From the NCBI GenBank assembly GCA_963666625.1, contig OY762925.1, positions 2,373,792 through 2,437,791 of the forward strand: DNA of 64,000 bases, read 5' to 3'. The first letter of the stretch is position 1. Each line of letters begins with the position of its first letter. Source of the stretch: Arenicellales bacterium. Its GTDB lineage: Bacteria; Pseudomonadota; Gammaproteobacteria; Arenicellales; JAJDZL01. A program made the translations under genes and the position numbers. The notes beneath the pieces are model-generated. The model did not search any database. It was not told where the DNA came from and worked only from the letters and a program-made list of their open reading frames with translations. Positions 1 through 9,300 of this stretch are shown here, in pieces.

Positions 1-248
1 CAGACATTGTTGGTCCCGTATCAGATTATGGTGGCCGAATTGTCAATCCCGAAGGACTCGTAGACGCTTGGACCTATTGCGGAAACGATGAAATGGCAGG
101 CGTGACTGCCGAACGAAGGGGAGAGGATGTTCGTATGGACTACTGCTTTGTCAGCTATACATTGAGCGACCTCATCCAATCTTGCGAAATCGATTCGAAC
201 GCGATGGGTTCAGACCACAAACCGTTTTCGGTAACATTCAATATCTGA
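1..248 (+). CDS. Endonuclease/exonuclease/phosphatase (EEP) family protein, C-terminal fragment (5' end outside window)
   Basis: Reading frame from the window edge to TGA at 246-248 gives ...GEDVRMDYCFVSYTLSD...NAMGSDHKPFSVTFNI*. R-x-DY-x-x-VS and the terminal SDH-x-P are C-terminal EEP-fold motifs. Absent from the ORF track because no start lies in the window. Confidence 0.6.
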   Translation, partial: DIVGPVSDYGGRIVNPEGLVDAWTYCGNDEMAGVTAERRGEDVRMDYCFVSYTLSDLIQSCEIDSNAMGSDHKPFSVTFNI

Positions 249-284
249 GAAAGCTCGCAGCAAGAAATGAAAACCGGCACGGTT

Positions 285-3200
285 TCACGCTGTCTCACTG
301 ATTTCCTGGGTATCCCCAAGTCCAGATCTGGTTCCACGCAATCGCTCGATAATTCTTTCGGTTAAAGCAAGGACCGATGGGATGAAAAACAGTACCAGGA
401 CAGTTGAGAAAGCGAGCCCGAACACCAATGTTGCCGCCATTGGAATGAGAAATTGCGCCTGAGTTGACTTCTCGAAAAGAAGTGGCATCAGTCCCACTAT
501 GGTGGTCAAACTCGACAGAACAATTGGTCGAAGTCTTTGACATCCGGCGTCCAGCATGGCTTCCTCAAGACTCTTCCCGTTGTCATATCGATTCTGTTTA
601 TAAAAGACGATCAAGACGATCGCGTTGTTCACCACAATTCCTGATAGCCCGATCATGCCCAGTATTGTCAGAATCGTGAAATCCAGTCCGAGAAAAAGAT
701 GTCCCCACAAGGCACCGACAATACCAAACGGAATAGTCAGCATGACGACTACAGGCCAGACATACGATCCGAAAACCAGTGCCAGAGTCAGGTAGATCAG
801 CGCTATTGCCAGGATAAACCCGTTCATCATGGCTTCCTCGGTTTGCTTCTGATCTTCCTGTCGTGCACCGATGTCCCACTTGACGCCATGTTTGCCGACG
901 ATTTCGGGGCGAATCTCTTCTTCAAGATGAACCAAAACTTCGGCCAGATTGGTAATTCGGGAATCTACGCTTGCATTGACCTCGATCGTAAATTCACCGT
1001 CTGAGTGCCTCAACGTATCAAATCCCCTGCTGTTTTCTATTTCAACCACGTCAAGTAGTGGTATTGACTCTCCGGATGGCAGAATGATATGGATATTCTC
1101 AAATTCACTGAGATGGTGTTTTTCGCTGTCGGGCAGCATAAGTCTGACATCAACTTCCTGATCCTGGGTTGTGAATGACTGAAGTGTCAAACCCTCGATC
1201 GATGCCCGTAGCTGTCGACTGACTTCAGAGACAGACAGGCCTAGTGCCTCACCCAAAGATGTCAGCGACAGTATCTGCTGTTGTCTGCCGTAACTTGTGT
1301 CGTCTTCGATGGCGTACACCCCCGGTATCTCTCTTAGATATTCCGTTAATTCTAGTGCCGCATTCTTTACGATGTTCTTTTCAGAACCACTGAATCTGAC
1401 TTCGATATCTCGTCCTGGAGGTCCACCGATCGGCGTGACGACCACCAGCTTTTCAAGCCCGGGGACATACTCGAGCTTGCTTTCCCATCGGCGAATAAAT
1501 TCTGTCGTTCGCACCTCTCTATCGTCCGACTGAACCAGATCCACCATGATATTTCCATTGTTGGACCCCCTGATCAATGAGTCGTTGCTGATATTGAAAT
1601 TGGCACCGTGAAATATCAATGAGGAAACGATCAGGTTGCCTCCGAAGTCCGATTCGGTCTCAAGTAACGCATCGTGCGCATATTCCATGTACTCGTCTAC
1701 AGTCTGTTGTGGAGTGCCGGCGGAAAAGCTCACATTTGCGAAAAGCAGGTTCAGTTCCGGAGTCGGGAAAAAGTTGTAATTGATTCGCCCGGACGTAAAA
1801 AGACCAACTGTGAGAATCAGAAGAGAAATGCCTGTCGCGATCACCGTAATTGGATGCCTGATCGAGAGCTGTAGTGCTGAGCGATACCAGCGGTCTCGCA
1901 CCACACCTAGTGTCTGATCGATGATGGATGGTTTGGCTTTCCCGACTTTCTTTTGCATTTTCTCGAACGACGCCCGCAGGTGTCCTGGAAGAATCAGGAA
2001 AGCCTCGATCAGCGATGTCAGGACGACGCAGACGACAACCAGTGCAATAAACCCCAGCACGATACCTATGACACCGGTTGCCATAATTACCGGTAGAAAT
2101 GCCAGGATCGTTGTGAGTGATGCTGCCAGTACGGGAATCAACAGACGGCGGGCCGCACCGTAGGCCGCTTGGAGCGGTTTGGGATCCTCCTCGAATTGAC
2201 TCAGTGCCTCCTCACCGACGACAATGGCGTCGTCTACAAGAATGCCGATTGTCATGATGAAACCGAACATTGTTATCATGTTCAGTGTTCCACCCAGGAT
2301 CAGTAGCAAGGCGATCGCTCCAGCAAGGGCGACTGGAATACCCACCGCGACCCAGAACGCGAGTCTCGCATTGAGAAACAGATAAAGAACCACCAGCACC
2401 AAAAGCAAGCCCATCAGTCCGTTATTGATCAACGTATCCAGCCGGTCTTGAAGGGCGATGGACTGATCGGTGTAAATCGAAAGTTCCACACCGCTTGGAA
2501 GAATGGCTTCGGTTTCGCGTTTCCAATCTTGCAGAATCTTGGCACCTTTCAGCGTATCCCCCGAGCCCAAACGCTTGATGCGCAATTCAACTGCCGGTCG
2601 GTTTTTAAACGAAGCCAGCAACTGATCGGGTTTCGGTCGCTGCTCGATCGCCGCAATGTCAGAAAGTGTAATCAGGCGTCCATTCGAATCAGCAGCGATG
2701 GGAACCTGTTCAAATTCAATGTAGTCGCGGCGCTGGTCCAAAACCCGAAGCTGTCGGGCGGCATCATCCCGACCGGAAATTCCGATCGATTCGTCCTGTG
2801 ACTGCGACTGAATGATGCGTCCGATCTGATTGAGGGACAGCCCCAGATCGCGTAGAGACTCACCTGGGATCTGAATGGCAATTTCCTCTTCCGGTAATCC
2901 CAGAATTTCAACCTTGTCGATCCCTCTTCTCAGTAGTTCATCCCGAAAATCATTGGCAAGAATTCGCAGTTGTTCTCGGGATGGCGCGGAGACGATCAAT
3001 CTGGCAACATCTTCATAGCGTCGTATTGTTACAACTTCTGGACGCTCAGCGTTTTCCGGCAGTTGACCGATAAGCGGGTCGACGATATGTGACACTTCAT
3101 CCTTTGCGGCGTCCATGTCGGCATGCTGTTCAAATTCGAGCACAACCACAGAACTTCCCAAACTTGAGTAGGATGTCATTTGCTTGAGGTCATCAAGGTT

Positions 3201-3440
3201 CTTAAGGTCAAGTTCCATACGGTCTGTAATTGATCGTTCGACGTCCTCAGCCGCTGCGCCCGGCCAATGGGTGGTTACGCTGATAAAGTTGAGCTGGAAC
3301 TCCGGGAAGAACTGAACGTTAAGCCTTGATATCGAGAATGCGCCTATCGCGAGGACAACAATCATAAGCACATTGACAGCGACCGGATGTGCCGCAATCA
3401 GCTCAAGAAAGTGTCTTTGCTGGTTTGGTTGGTAGGCCAT
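285..3440 (-). CDS. RND-family efflux transporter permease (AcrB/HAE-like)
   Basis: 1051-aa ORF. Two hydrophobic TM clusters alternate with two large soluble loops, and length and layout are typical of AcrB-type pumps. Lies 21 nt downstream of the adaptor gene on the same strand. Confidence 0.9.
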   Translation of the reverse strand: MAYQPNQQRHFLELIAAHPVAVNVLMIVVLAIGAFSISRLNVQFFPEFQLNFISVTTHWPGAAAEDVERSITDRMELDLKNLDDLKQMTSYSSLGSSVVVLEFEQHADMDAAKDEVSHIVDPLIGQLPENAERPEVVTIRRYEDVARLIVSAPSREQLRILANDFRDELLRRGIDKVEILGLPEEEIAIQIPGESLRDLGLSLNQIGRIIQSQSQDESIGISGRDDAARQLRVLDQRRDYIEFEQVPIAADSNGRLITLSDIAAIEQRPKPDQLLASFKNRPAVELRIKRLGSGDTLKGAKILQDWKRETEAILPSGVELSIYTDQSIALQDRLDTLINNGLMGLLLVLVVLYLFLNARLAFWVAVGIPVALAGAIALLLILGGTLNMITMFGFIMTIGILVDDAIVVGEEALSQFEEDPKPLQAAYGAARRLLIPVLAASLTTILAFLPVIMATGVIGIVLGFIALVVVCVVLTSLIEAFLILPGHLRASFEKMQKKVGKAKPSIIDQTLGVVRDRWYRSALQLSIRHPITVIATGISLLILTVGLFTSGRINYNFFPTPELNLLFANVSFSAGTPQQTVDEYMEYAHDALLETESDFGGNLIVSSLIFHGANFNISNDSLIRGSNNGNIMVDLVQSDDREVRTTEFIRRWESKLEYVPGLEKLVVVTPIGGPPGRDIEVRFSGSEKNIVKNAALELTEYLREIPGVYAIEDDTSYGRQQQILSLTSLGEALGLSVSEVSRQLRASIEGLTLQSFTTQDQEVDVRLMLPDSEKHHLSEFENIHIILPSGESIPLLDVVEIENSRGFDTLRHSDGEFTIEVNASVDSRITNLAEVLVHLEEEIRPEIVGKHGVKWDIGARQEDQKQTEEAMMNGFILAIALIYLTLALVFGSYVWPVVVMLTIPFGIVGALWGHLFLGLDFTILTILGMIGLSGIVVNNAIVLIVFYKQNRYDNGKSLEEAMLDAGCQRLRPIVLSSLTTIVGLMPLLFEKSTQAQFLIPMAATLVFGLAFSTVLVLFFIPSVLALTERIIERLRGTRSGLGDTQEISETA

Positions 3441-3461
3441 CGGAGAACAGCTTGACGGACG

Positions 3462-4715
3462 TCACTCGCCGTTGAAGGGTTTGACTCTCAGCCCATCAAT
3501 TGCGTTTGTAAGTTGCGTTGTCACCAGTACGTCACTGTCCGCCAGTTCATCGCTTGTCGCGACGACCAGGGAATTTCCGTTGTCGAAGACTTGACCATGG
3601 CGCCTGATAGTCACTGATTTCAGCACGCCCGAGTCAATCTTGTATACCCTGTCCAGGCCAAAAATTGCCCTGTAAGGAATTGTGAAAGCATTCTCCACCG
3701 GCGACATGGTCAGCACAAGATCAATTGATCGGGTGAGTTCCGGTTGAAGCGGATTCGAAACCAAACTGAAGTAAGCATCGACACCGCCACGACCCTGATC
3801 GACAATCGATCCAAGACGGTCGAATGTCAGTTTCAGTACATGATCATCCAATTCGGCCGTGGCTTGAGGGTGGTAGCCGTCGGACACGGATTCTCGAATC
3901 TCGCCGATGTAGCGATTCGGGATCATCGAGAGCACTTCCAGATTGTTGTGATCATACATGGACAGCAATTGACTGCCGTTCTTGACCTGGTTTCCTACTC
4001 CGACGAAAACTTCAGTGACGCGCCCGGTATATGGAGCGGAAATAACCGTGTCCTCGATATCGAGTTGGATCTTATCGAGCGATGCCTGGATACGCTCAAC
4101 ATCGGCGTCGAGTACGGCGACACGACTGTCGAATTCTCGAATGGACGCCTCACGGGCGGTTACCGCAAGATGGGCCTGTTGTTCCGCACGTTCAAATGAA
4201 TCGAAATCCGCCTGGGAGATCAGATTTCGGCTCTTGAGCGTCCGGGCCCGTTCGAGAGATTCAATCGCCAGTTCCAGCAGTCTTTTCTCGTGTTCCAGAA
4301 TCTCCTGATCCGTTGTGAGTCGCTGCGACTCTCTCGCGATCGAAGCGTGAGTCCTATTGAGCTCTGCTTCAGTCTGACGCAGTTGGGTTTCAAGATTCCT
4401 CGAATCCAATCGAATCAGCACATCACCGGATTCGACCGACTGCCCGGATTTGGCATTGACCTGAATAATCTCACCGTCCACTATTGCGCTGAGTGTGGAA
4501 AAGGTTGGAGTTACCACGCGCCCGTAGAGCTTGACCGATGGACTGATCGTATGTTTCTCAACCGATTGGGTGTTGACCAGCCAAGCGCGCTCCTCCTGGA
4601 CCTCGGGCTCTTCCGGAACTTCTTCGACTTTCAGGAGACCGAATCCAATTATGCCGACACCAAGAATTGCAACCGGGATAAGAAACTTGAAGAATTTTTT
4701 AAGAAAGCGAAGCAA
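3462..4715 (-). CDS. Efflux RND transporter periplasmic adaptor subunit (HlyD/MFP family)
   Basis: 417 aa. N-terminal membrane anchor (IPVAILGVGIIGFGLL), coiled-coil hairpin segment (LETQLRQTEAELNR...LELAIESLERAR) and beta-rich C-terminus. Operonic with the RND permease. Confidence 0.85.
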   Translation of the reverse strand: MLRFLKKFFKFLIPVAILGVGIIGFGLLKVEEVPEEPEVQEERAWLVNTQSVEKHTISPSVKLYGRVVTPTFSTLSAIVDGEIIQVNAKSGQSVESGDVLIRLDSRNLETQLRQTEAELNRTHASIARESQRLTTDQEILEHEKRLLELAIESLERARTLKSRNLISQADFDSFERAEQQAHLAVTAREASIREFDSRVAVLDADVERIQASLDKIQLDIEDTVISAPYTGRVTEVFVGVGNQVKNGSQLLSMYDHNNLEVLSMIPNRYIGEIRESVSDGYHPQATAELDDHVLKLTFDRLGSIVDQGRGGVDAYFSLVSNPLQPELTRSIDLVLTMSPVENAFTIPYRAIFGLDRVYKIDSGVLKSVTIRRHGQVFDNGNSLVVATSDELADSDVLVTTQLTNAIDGLRVKPFNGE

Positions 4716-4961
4716 ATTTTTAACGCCTGAACCATTTGGTATGTGGGTATCGAAAGACTAGATTAGTACCTCATTATAGATTTACACACATAGTGTGATG
4801 TGTGAAGATACTAAATTGCAATCAGACAATATACAGTTTCAACTCGGCCGTGTGACTTGCGTAAAGTATTCCAACACGAGAATTTGCATTCACTTTGATA
4901 TCAGATATTACAATAGTTCCGGTGATTCGACTGAATTGACAAGATACGGAGAGTTCAATCC

Positions 4962-6245
4962 ATGGAGAGTAGAAAAACAATTGCCTTTTTTCCGGAAGGG
5001 GCATTCGGTCCGGCGTTGAATTCCGTCGGTATCGCCCAGGCATGCAGAGATTTGGGACATCGTTGTGTGTTTCTCACTGACCCCGGGTTTGCGGAGGTCT
5101 ATGAGGGATACGGTTTCGAATACAGAATCGTCAATCTTTCCGAACCGATGTCCGCTGAGGAGATGGCCAAATACTGGTCGACATTCATTGATGGGCATAT
5201 TCCGAACTTCAACCTCACTCCGTATGAACAGATTGACAACTATGTCAAGGAATGCTGGGAGGCAATTGTCGATACATCCAAGTGGGCCGAAAAAGACCTT
5301 CCCGGGGTTCTGGACGACTTGAAGCCGGATTTGATCTGTATAGACAATGTTGTCCTGTTCCCTGCAGCGAAGCAGTTTGGTGTACCGTGGATTCGCATCA
5401 TATCCTGCAGCGAGAATGAAATAACGGATCCTTGGATTCCACCGCATCTGTCGGGTTGCGGCGAATCCGACCGAGACGGCTTCGACGCTTACAACAGCCG
5501 ATTCAATCAAGTCATAAAACCCATTCACGATGATTTCAACAACTTTATCGAGTCATGCGGTGAAACCGCCTACCAGCTTGGTGAGTTTTTCGAGGCCTCA
5601 CCCTACATGAATCTGTTGCTCTATCCGGAACCTTTGCAGTATCAGAGGAAAAACGCTCTGGATCCGGCAAAGTTTCAATATCTCGAAGGATGCGTTCGGT
5701 CGGAAGAGGATTACACCATTCCCGACTTCGGAGATAAAAACAGGTCTCCTTTGATTTACTTGAGTTTTGGGAGTCTGGGCTCGGGTGATACTGAGTTGCT
5801 GAAACGTATGATCGAAGTTCTGGGACAGCAGGATTTTCGGGTGCTTGTCAACATCGGCGATTATTCAGATGCGTACGGCGAGGTACCCGACAATGTTCAC
5901 ATTGCTTCGTGGTATCCACAGCCGTCGGTTATCTCACAGGTTGACGCGGTCATACATCATGGCGGCAACAACAGTTTCAACGAGTGTCTTTATTTTGGCA
6001 AACCGGCTCTGATCATGCCGTATGTTTGGGATGGACATGACAATGCGACCAGAGTTCAGGAAACCGGACACGGCCTAAAGATGCACAGAGCCAACTGGTC
6101 CGATGATGAGTTTGTTTCCGCTTTGCAAACCCTGCTCACAGATGACGCCATGCATGCTCGCCTGGCAAGAACCAGTGCACACATGCGAGCGGCCGACGGC
6201 AGACGGAAAGCTGCAGGAATAATCGATCAGTTACTTGATTCGTGA
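4962..6245 (+). CDS. GT1-family UDP-glycosyltransferase (MGT-like)
   Basis: 427 aa. C-terminal nucleotide-sugar motif region ...WYPQPSVISQVDAVIHHGGNNSFNECLYFGKPALIMPYVWDGHDNATRV... is typical of GT1/UDP-glucuronosyl-glucosyltransferases. Confidence 0.8.
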   Translation: MESRKTIAFFPEGAFGPALNSVGIAQACRDLGHRCVFLTDPGFAEVYEGYGFEYRIVNLSEPMSAEEMAKYWSTFIDGHIPNFNLTPYEQIDNYVKECWEAIVDTSKWAEKDLPGVLDDLKPDLICIDNVVLFPAAKQFGVPWIRIISCSENEITDPWIPPHLSGCGESDRDGFDAYNSRFNQVIKPIHDDFNNFIESCGETAYQLGEFFEASPYMNLLLYPEPLQYQRKNALDPAKFQYLEGCVRSEEDYTIPDFGDKNRSPLIYLSFGSLGSGDTELLKRMIEVLGQQDFRVLVNIGDYSDAYGEVPDNVHIASWYPQPSVISQVDAVIHHGGNNSFNECLYFGKPALIMPYVWDGHDNATRVQETGHGLKMHRANWSDDEFVSALQTLLTDDAMHARLARTSAHMRAADGRRKAAGIIDQLLDS

Positions 6246-6267
6246 ATTTGCGGACGAGAGTTGTGCA

Positions 6268-6591
6268 TCACAACTGAACGTAAACCTTGCCATCGGTGAC
6301 AACCACCTTATACGTCTGCAGGTCAGTTTCAGCCGGCTCTTCAACTACCGCGCCGGTCCTGACTTCAAATTCAGCCAGATGAAGCGGACACACGATGCGG
6401 TCGTCTTCGATATACCCATCCGATAGGCAGGCATATTCATGGGTACAGATATTATTGATTGCAAAGATCTCTTCGTCCATCAATACAAGGGCGATTTCCT
6501 CACCCGCGATATCAACGGGATAAGGTTCCCGGTCTTCAAGATCAGAAAACTCTGCAGCGTAGTGGCAGTTTTCAAGATTGGTGTCGTTCAT
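6268..6591 (-). CDS. Rieske [2Fe-2S] ferredoxin-like protein
   Basis: 107 aa with Rieske ligand boxes C-T-H (CTHEYACL) and C-P-L-H (CPLHLAEF) at the canonical spacing. Confidence 0.85.
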   Translation of the reverse strand: MNDTNLENCHYAAEFSDLEDREPYPVDIAGEEIALVLMDEEIFAINNICTHEYACLSDGYIEDDRIVCPLHLAEFEVRTGAVVEEPAETDLQTYKVVVTDGKVYVQL

Positions 6592-6899
6592 GATTCCTTT
6601 TTTGCAGTTGGCAATCCAATAAAAGCTGTGATACTTTCGGGCGAAATGACAAATTCACGAGAATTATAGAAAACAGTCGGATTATATTGTTGGATTTGAT
6701 TGTATGAACTTAAACATCACCGAATTATGTCAAAAAATTCGGCAAATTTGATGACAAAATTAGTTAGTACTAATAGAAAGTTCCTTGGGAAGATATAGAA
6801 ATCTTCTATAGTTGGATGAATTCCGAGGTTCGTGGAAGCCTGACGTTATTCGGATATTCAAGGTGTCGCAACTTTCCAATTTCACATTCGCGGCAGCGG

Positions 6900-8732
6900 C
6901 TACTCGTTTGGCTCAATACGTATGACTCTCGGCAACGGTTCTCCACTATTAATCAACTTTTCCTGCTCATTCAGATCTCTTTGGAAATTTACTGTATTTG
7001 AATAGAGATATGTCCAGCAGGAAAACTTGTCGGATGTTGTCAAGTGATTTCGTGCCTTCGCCACCTTCAAGTATTCAATAGCTCTATCCATTTCACCCAA
7101 AATATAGAAAACCAGACTCAAGCATTGAGAATAGTTAGCATTACTTTTGTACTCTACGGTGAAGTAGTCTTTATGAGTAATCACTCGTCGAAAATCTTCT
7201 GTATTTGGCGTTTGGTTTGCTCCCCATTTCGCCATGGCGAAATTGAATAATATAGCCTGGCTGGAACTACCTTTTTCGATTTCATCTTCAACTAATCGGA
7301 TTGCATCATCGAATTGACCTTGCCCAATAAGGTTTAGTACCAGCGTATTGACATCTTCAATATCTGCATCTTCTCCAACTTTATCTAGGGCAGCCCGAAC
7401 CAATTGTTCCGCATGTTTTAGAGAGTTCTTTTCTCGACCAAAATCTTTTGCCAGTTGCAGCAAATTTTGGAACTCCAATTCTATAACGCTTGGCCACGAC
7501 GCTACTTTATCGATAGTGTCCTGAGAATTTGATCCCAACAAGCCAAGAACTTGTTGGATGTCGTTGTAGGAGAGACCGCTAAGATTGGAGGCTTTTCTGG
7601 CGTAATACTCAGCATCTTCATCCATCCCTAGACGACTAGCAACTAGTGCTTTTCGAGCCAGTATTTTTGAACTGTCAGGTGCGATATCAATTAACTGGTT
7701 CGATATTAGGTCAGCCGCTTCATAAAATCCAAGTCGAATGTAAATTTGTACAATTTTCGAGAGAATATTGACATTTTTGTCGTGGTGGGAAAGGATTTGA
7801 TCGATCCGTGATTCCATCAAGTCGAAGCGAAGCATTTCATCTTCATAGTCCAATTCAAAATCCAACATATCTAGTTCGATTTGACGCAAATACATCATTG
7901 CTCCTTTCTCATCTTGAAAATTCTCCTTTTGAATCAATTTGGTGAGCTTCCTGTATTCAGAGGCAAGACGACTTTTTGGTCGAGTCAAAACAAACAGCTC
8001 TTGATTCAACAGAGGTAGACTTGGGTAGTGATGAATCGTTTCCATCGAATTCATATTTGCAATTTCTCGACGAAAGCTCTTCATATTCTTCCATAAGATG
8101 CTGTGTTCGTCATCAATGTCAGGAACATTCGAGGCGGCGAAGTGCAAAGTAATATTTTTCGGCTCTTCTTTAATTTTCTGGACGATTGTTGCCAACCCCC
8201 TAAGATTCTGCTTGTTTGGGAAATACAAAACTACGACAGCATCCGGCAGTTGACGTGTACAAATACCACCAACATCAGTATGCCCCGTGCGCGAGTCAAT
8301 CAATACATAGTCGGGGTTCAAATGACTTTCCCACTGCGCTTTGAGATTAGCTAACAGTAAATACCCATCTCTGTGATCATATAAATTTCTCCATGAAATT
8401 GAATTCAATCGGCCGTGGTACTCAGCATCACGGTAACCCGCCGGCATCACCCACAATTCACCCGGATATTTTTCGGAGAATTTTGCTTGATATAGGAATT
8501 CATCGATTTCGGGTACAACATCGTTATCCAGATAGTGTTTAACGTAGTCAACAATTCCGTTTTTCTTACGTCTCGTTAGATTCAATTGAAAAGTATCTAA
8601 TCCTGGCGCTTCGAGATCGAAGTCCACAGTAAGAACTTTCTTGCCTTCTTTGACCAAGGCGGCAGCACAATTCATTAGTGCCAGTGTTCGCCCAACACCG
8701 CCCTTAAAAGAGTAGAACGTTACGATGTACAT
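6900..8732 (-). CDS. ParA/MinD-superfamily P-loop ATPase with variant KGGVGR Walker A, fused to C-terminal TPR-like helical repeats
   Basis: 610 aa. N-terminus MYIVTFYSFKGGVGRTLALMN... (Walker A) and ...DYVLIDSRTGHTD (Walker B-like). C-terminal ~350 aa contain TPR-like units (e.g. IRLGFYEAADLISNQLIDIAPD, ILGEMDRAIEYLKVAKA). SD GAGGGGA lies 7 nt before the ATG, 12 nt after the mqsA-like stop. Confidence 0.75.
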   Translation of the reverse strand: MYIVTFYSFKGGVGRTLALMNCAAALVKEGKKVLTVDFDLEAPGLDTFQLNLTRRKKNGIVDYVKHYLDNDVVPEIDEFLYQAKFSEKYPGELWVMPAGYRDAEYHGRLNSISWRNLYDHRDGYLLLANLKAQWESHLNPDYVLIDSRTGHTDVGGICTRQLPDAVVVLYFPNKQNLRGLATIVQKIKEEPKNITLHFAASNVPDIDDEHSILWKNMKSFRREIANMNSMETIHHYPSLPLLNQELFVLTRPKSRLASEYRKLTKLIQKENFQDEKGAMMYLRQIELDMLDFELDYEDEMLRFDLMESRIDQILSHHDKNVNILSKIVQIYIRLGFYEAADLISNQLIDIAPDSSKILARKALVASRLGMDEDAEYYARKASNLSGLSYNDIQQVLGLLGSNSQDTIDKVASWPSVIELEFQNLLQLAKDFGREKNSLKHAEQLVRAALDKVGEDADIEDVNTLVLNLIGQGQFDDAIRLVEDEIEKGSSSQAILFNFAMAKWGANQTPNTEDFRRVITHKDYFTVEYKSNANYSQCLSLVFYILGEMDRAIEYLKVAKARNHLTTSDKFSCWTYLYSNTVNFQRDLNEQEKLINSGEPLPRVIRIEPNE

Positions 8733-8744
8733 ATCGAGGTCCCC

Positions 8745-9284
8745 TCAAAGAGCGAACGCGTTGGCCTGATTCATCAGACTCAAATCATGCTCATCCAAGC
8801 ATACAAATTTTTCGGAAAACAACCGAACAAAATTCGACGACTGTTGATCTCTCGACAGCAATGCTTCCAGAGAGCTGTCCGCTGACCCAAGTAAGAAAAT
8901 GAAATTGTCCAATGCGTTGCTCTGAATTCGCTTTCCTTGTTCCCAACTATTGATGGAAGCTATTGCAATTCCAGTCAAGTCTGCGAATTGCGCCTGTGTC
9001 AAATTGAGTTTTTGGCGAATATCTCGGATTTCAGACGGAGTCATGACTCCCAAATACCTGCACACAGCTTCATGACACTTCATGTGGGCTTCCGAAGTTG
9101 TAAATTCGAATCCACAGTCGCGACATTCGTGAACTGGGATAGTAGCACAGAGTATGGGGGCAGATTCGCCCGAACCATGTCTGAAACTCTTCTCTTCAAA
9201 TCTAGTGTTAACACGGTCTGAACCGCACAGTGGGCATGTCAAATTCATAGGTTCCACTTTGGAATTGTTATTTCTACCATTCAT
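8745..9284 (-). CDS. MqsA-like antitoxin (zinc ribbon + XRE-type HTH) with C-terminal extension
   Basis: CPLCG...HECRDCGFEF zinc-ribbon pair followed by the HTH IRQKLNLTQAQFADLTGIAIASINSWEQGKR, the same layout as E. coli MqsA as I recall it. ATG at 9284 is preceded by AGGTGGAG. The ORF track starts at a GTG at 9293, and an ATG at 9248 is also possible. Confidence 0.75.
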   Translation of the reverse strand: MNGRNNNSKVEPMNLTCPLCGSDRVNTRFEEKSFRHGSGESAPILCATIPVHECRDCGFEFTTSEAHMKCHEAVCRYLGVMTPSEIRDIRQKLNLTQAQFADLTGIAIASINSWEQGKRIQSNALDNFIFLLGSADSSLEALLSRDQQSSNFVRLFSEKFVCLDEHDLSLMNQANAFAL

Positions 9285-9300
9285 AATCTCCACCTACATT

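Noticed and set aside
4908-5528. 206-aa minus-strand ORF overlapping the 5' half of the glycosyltransferase gene
   Set aside because: Shadow ORF. It has no recognisable motifs, and the plus-strand frame carries clear GT1 signatures and a sensible start.
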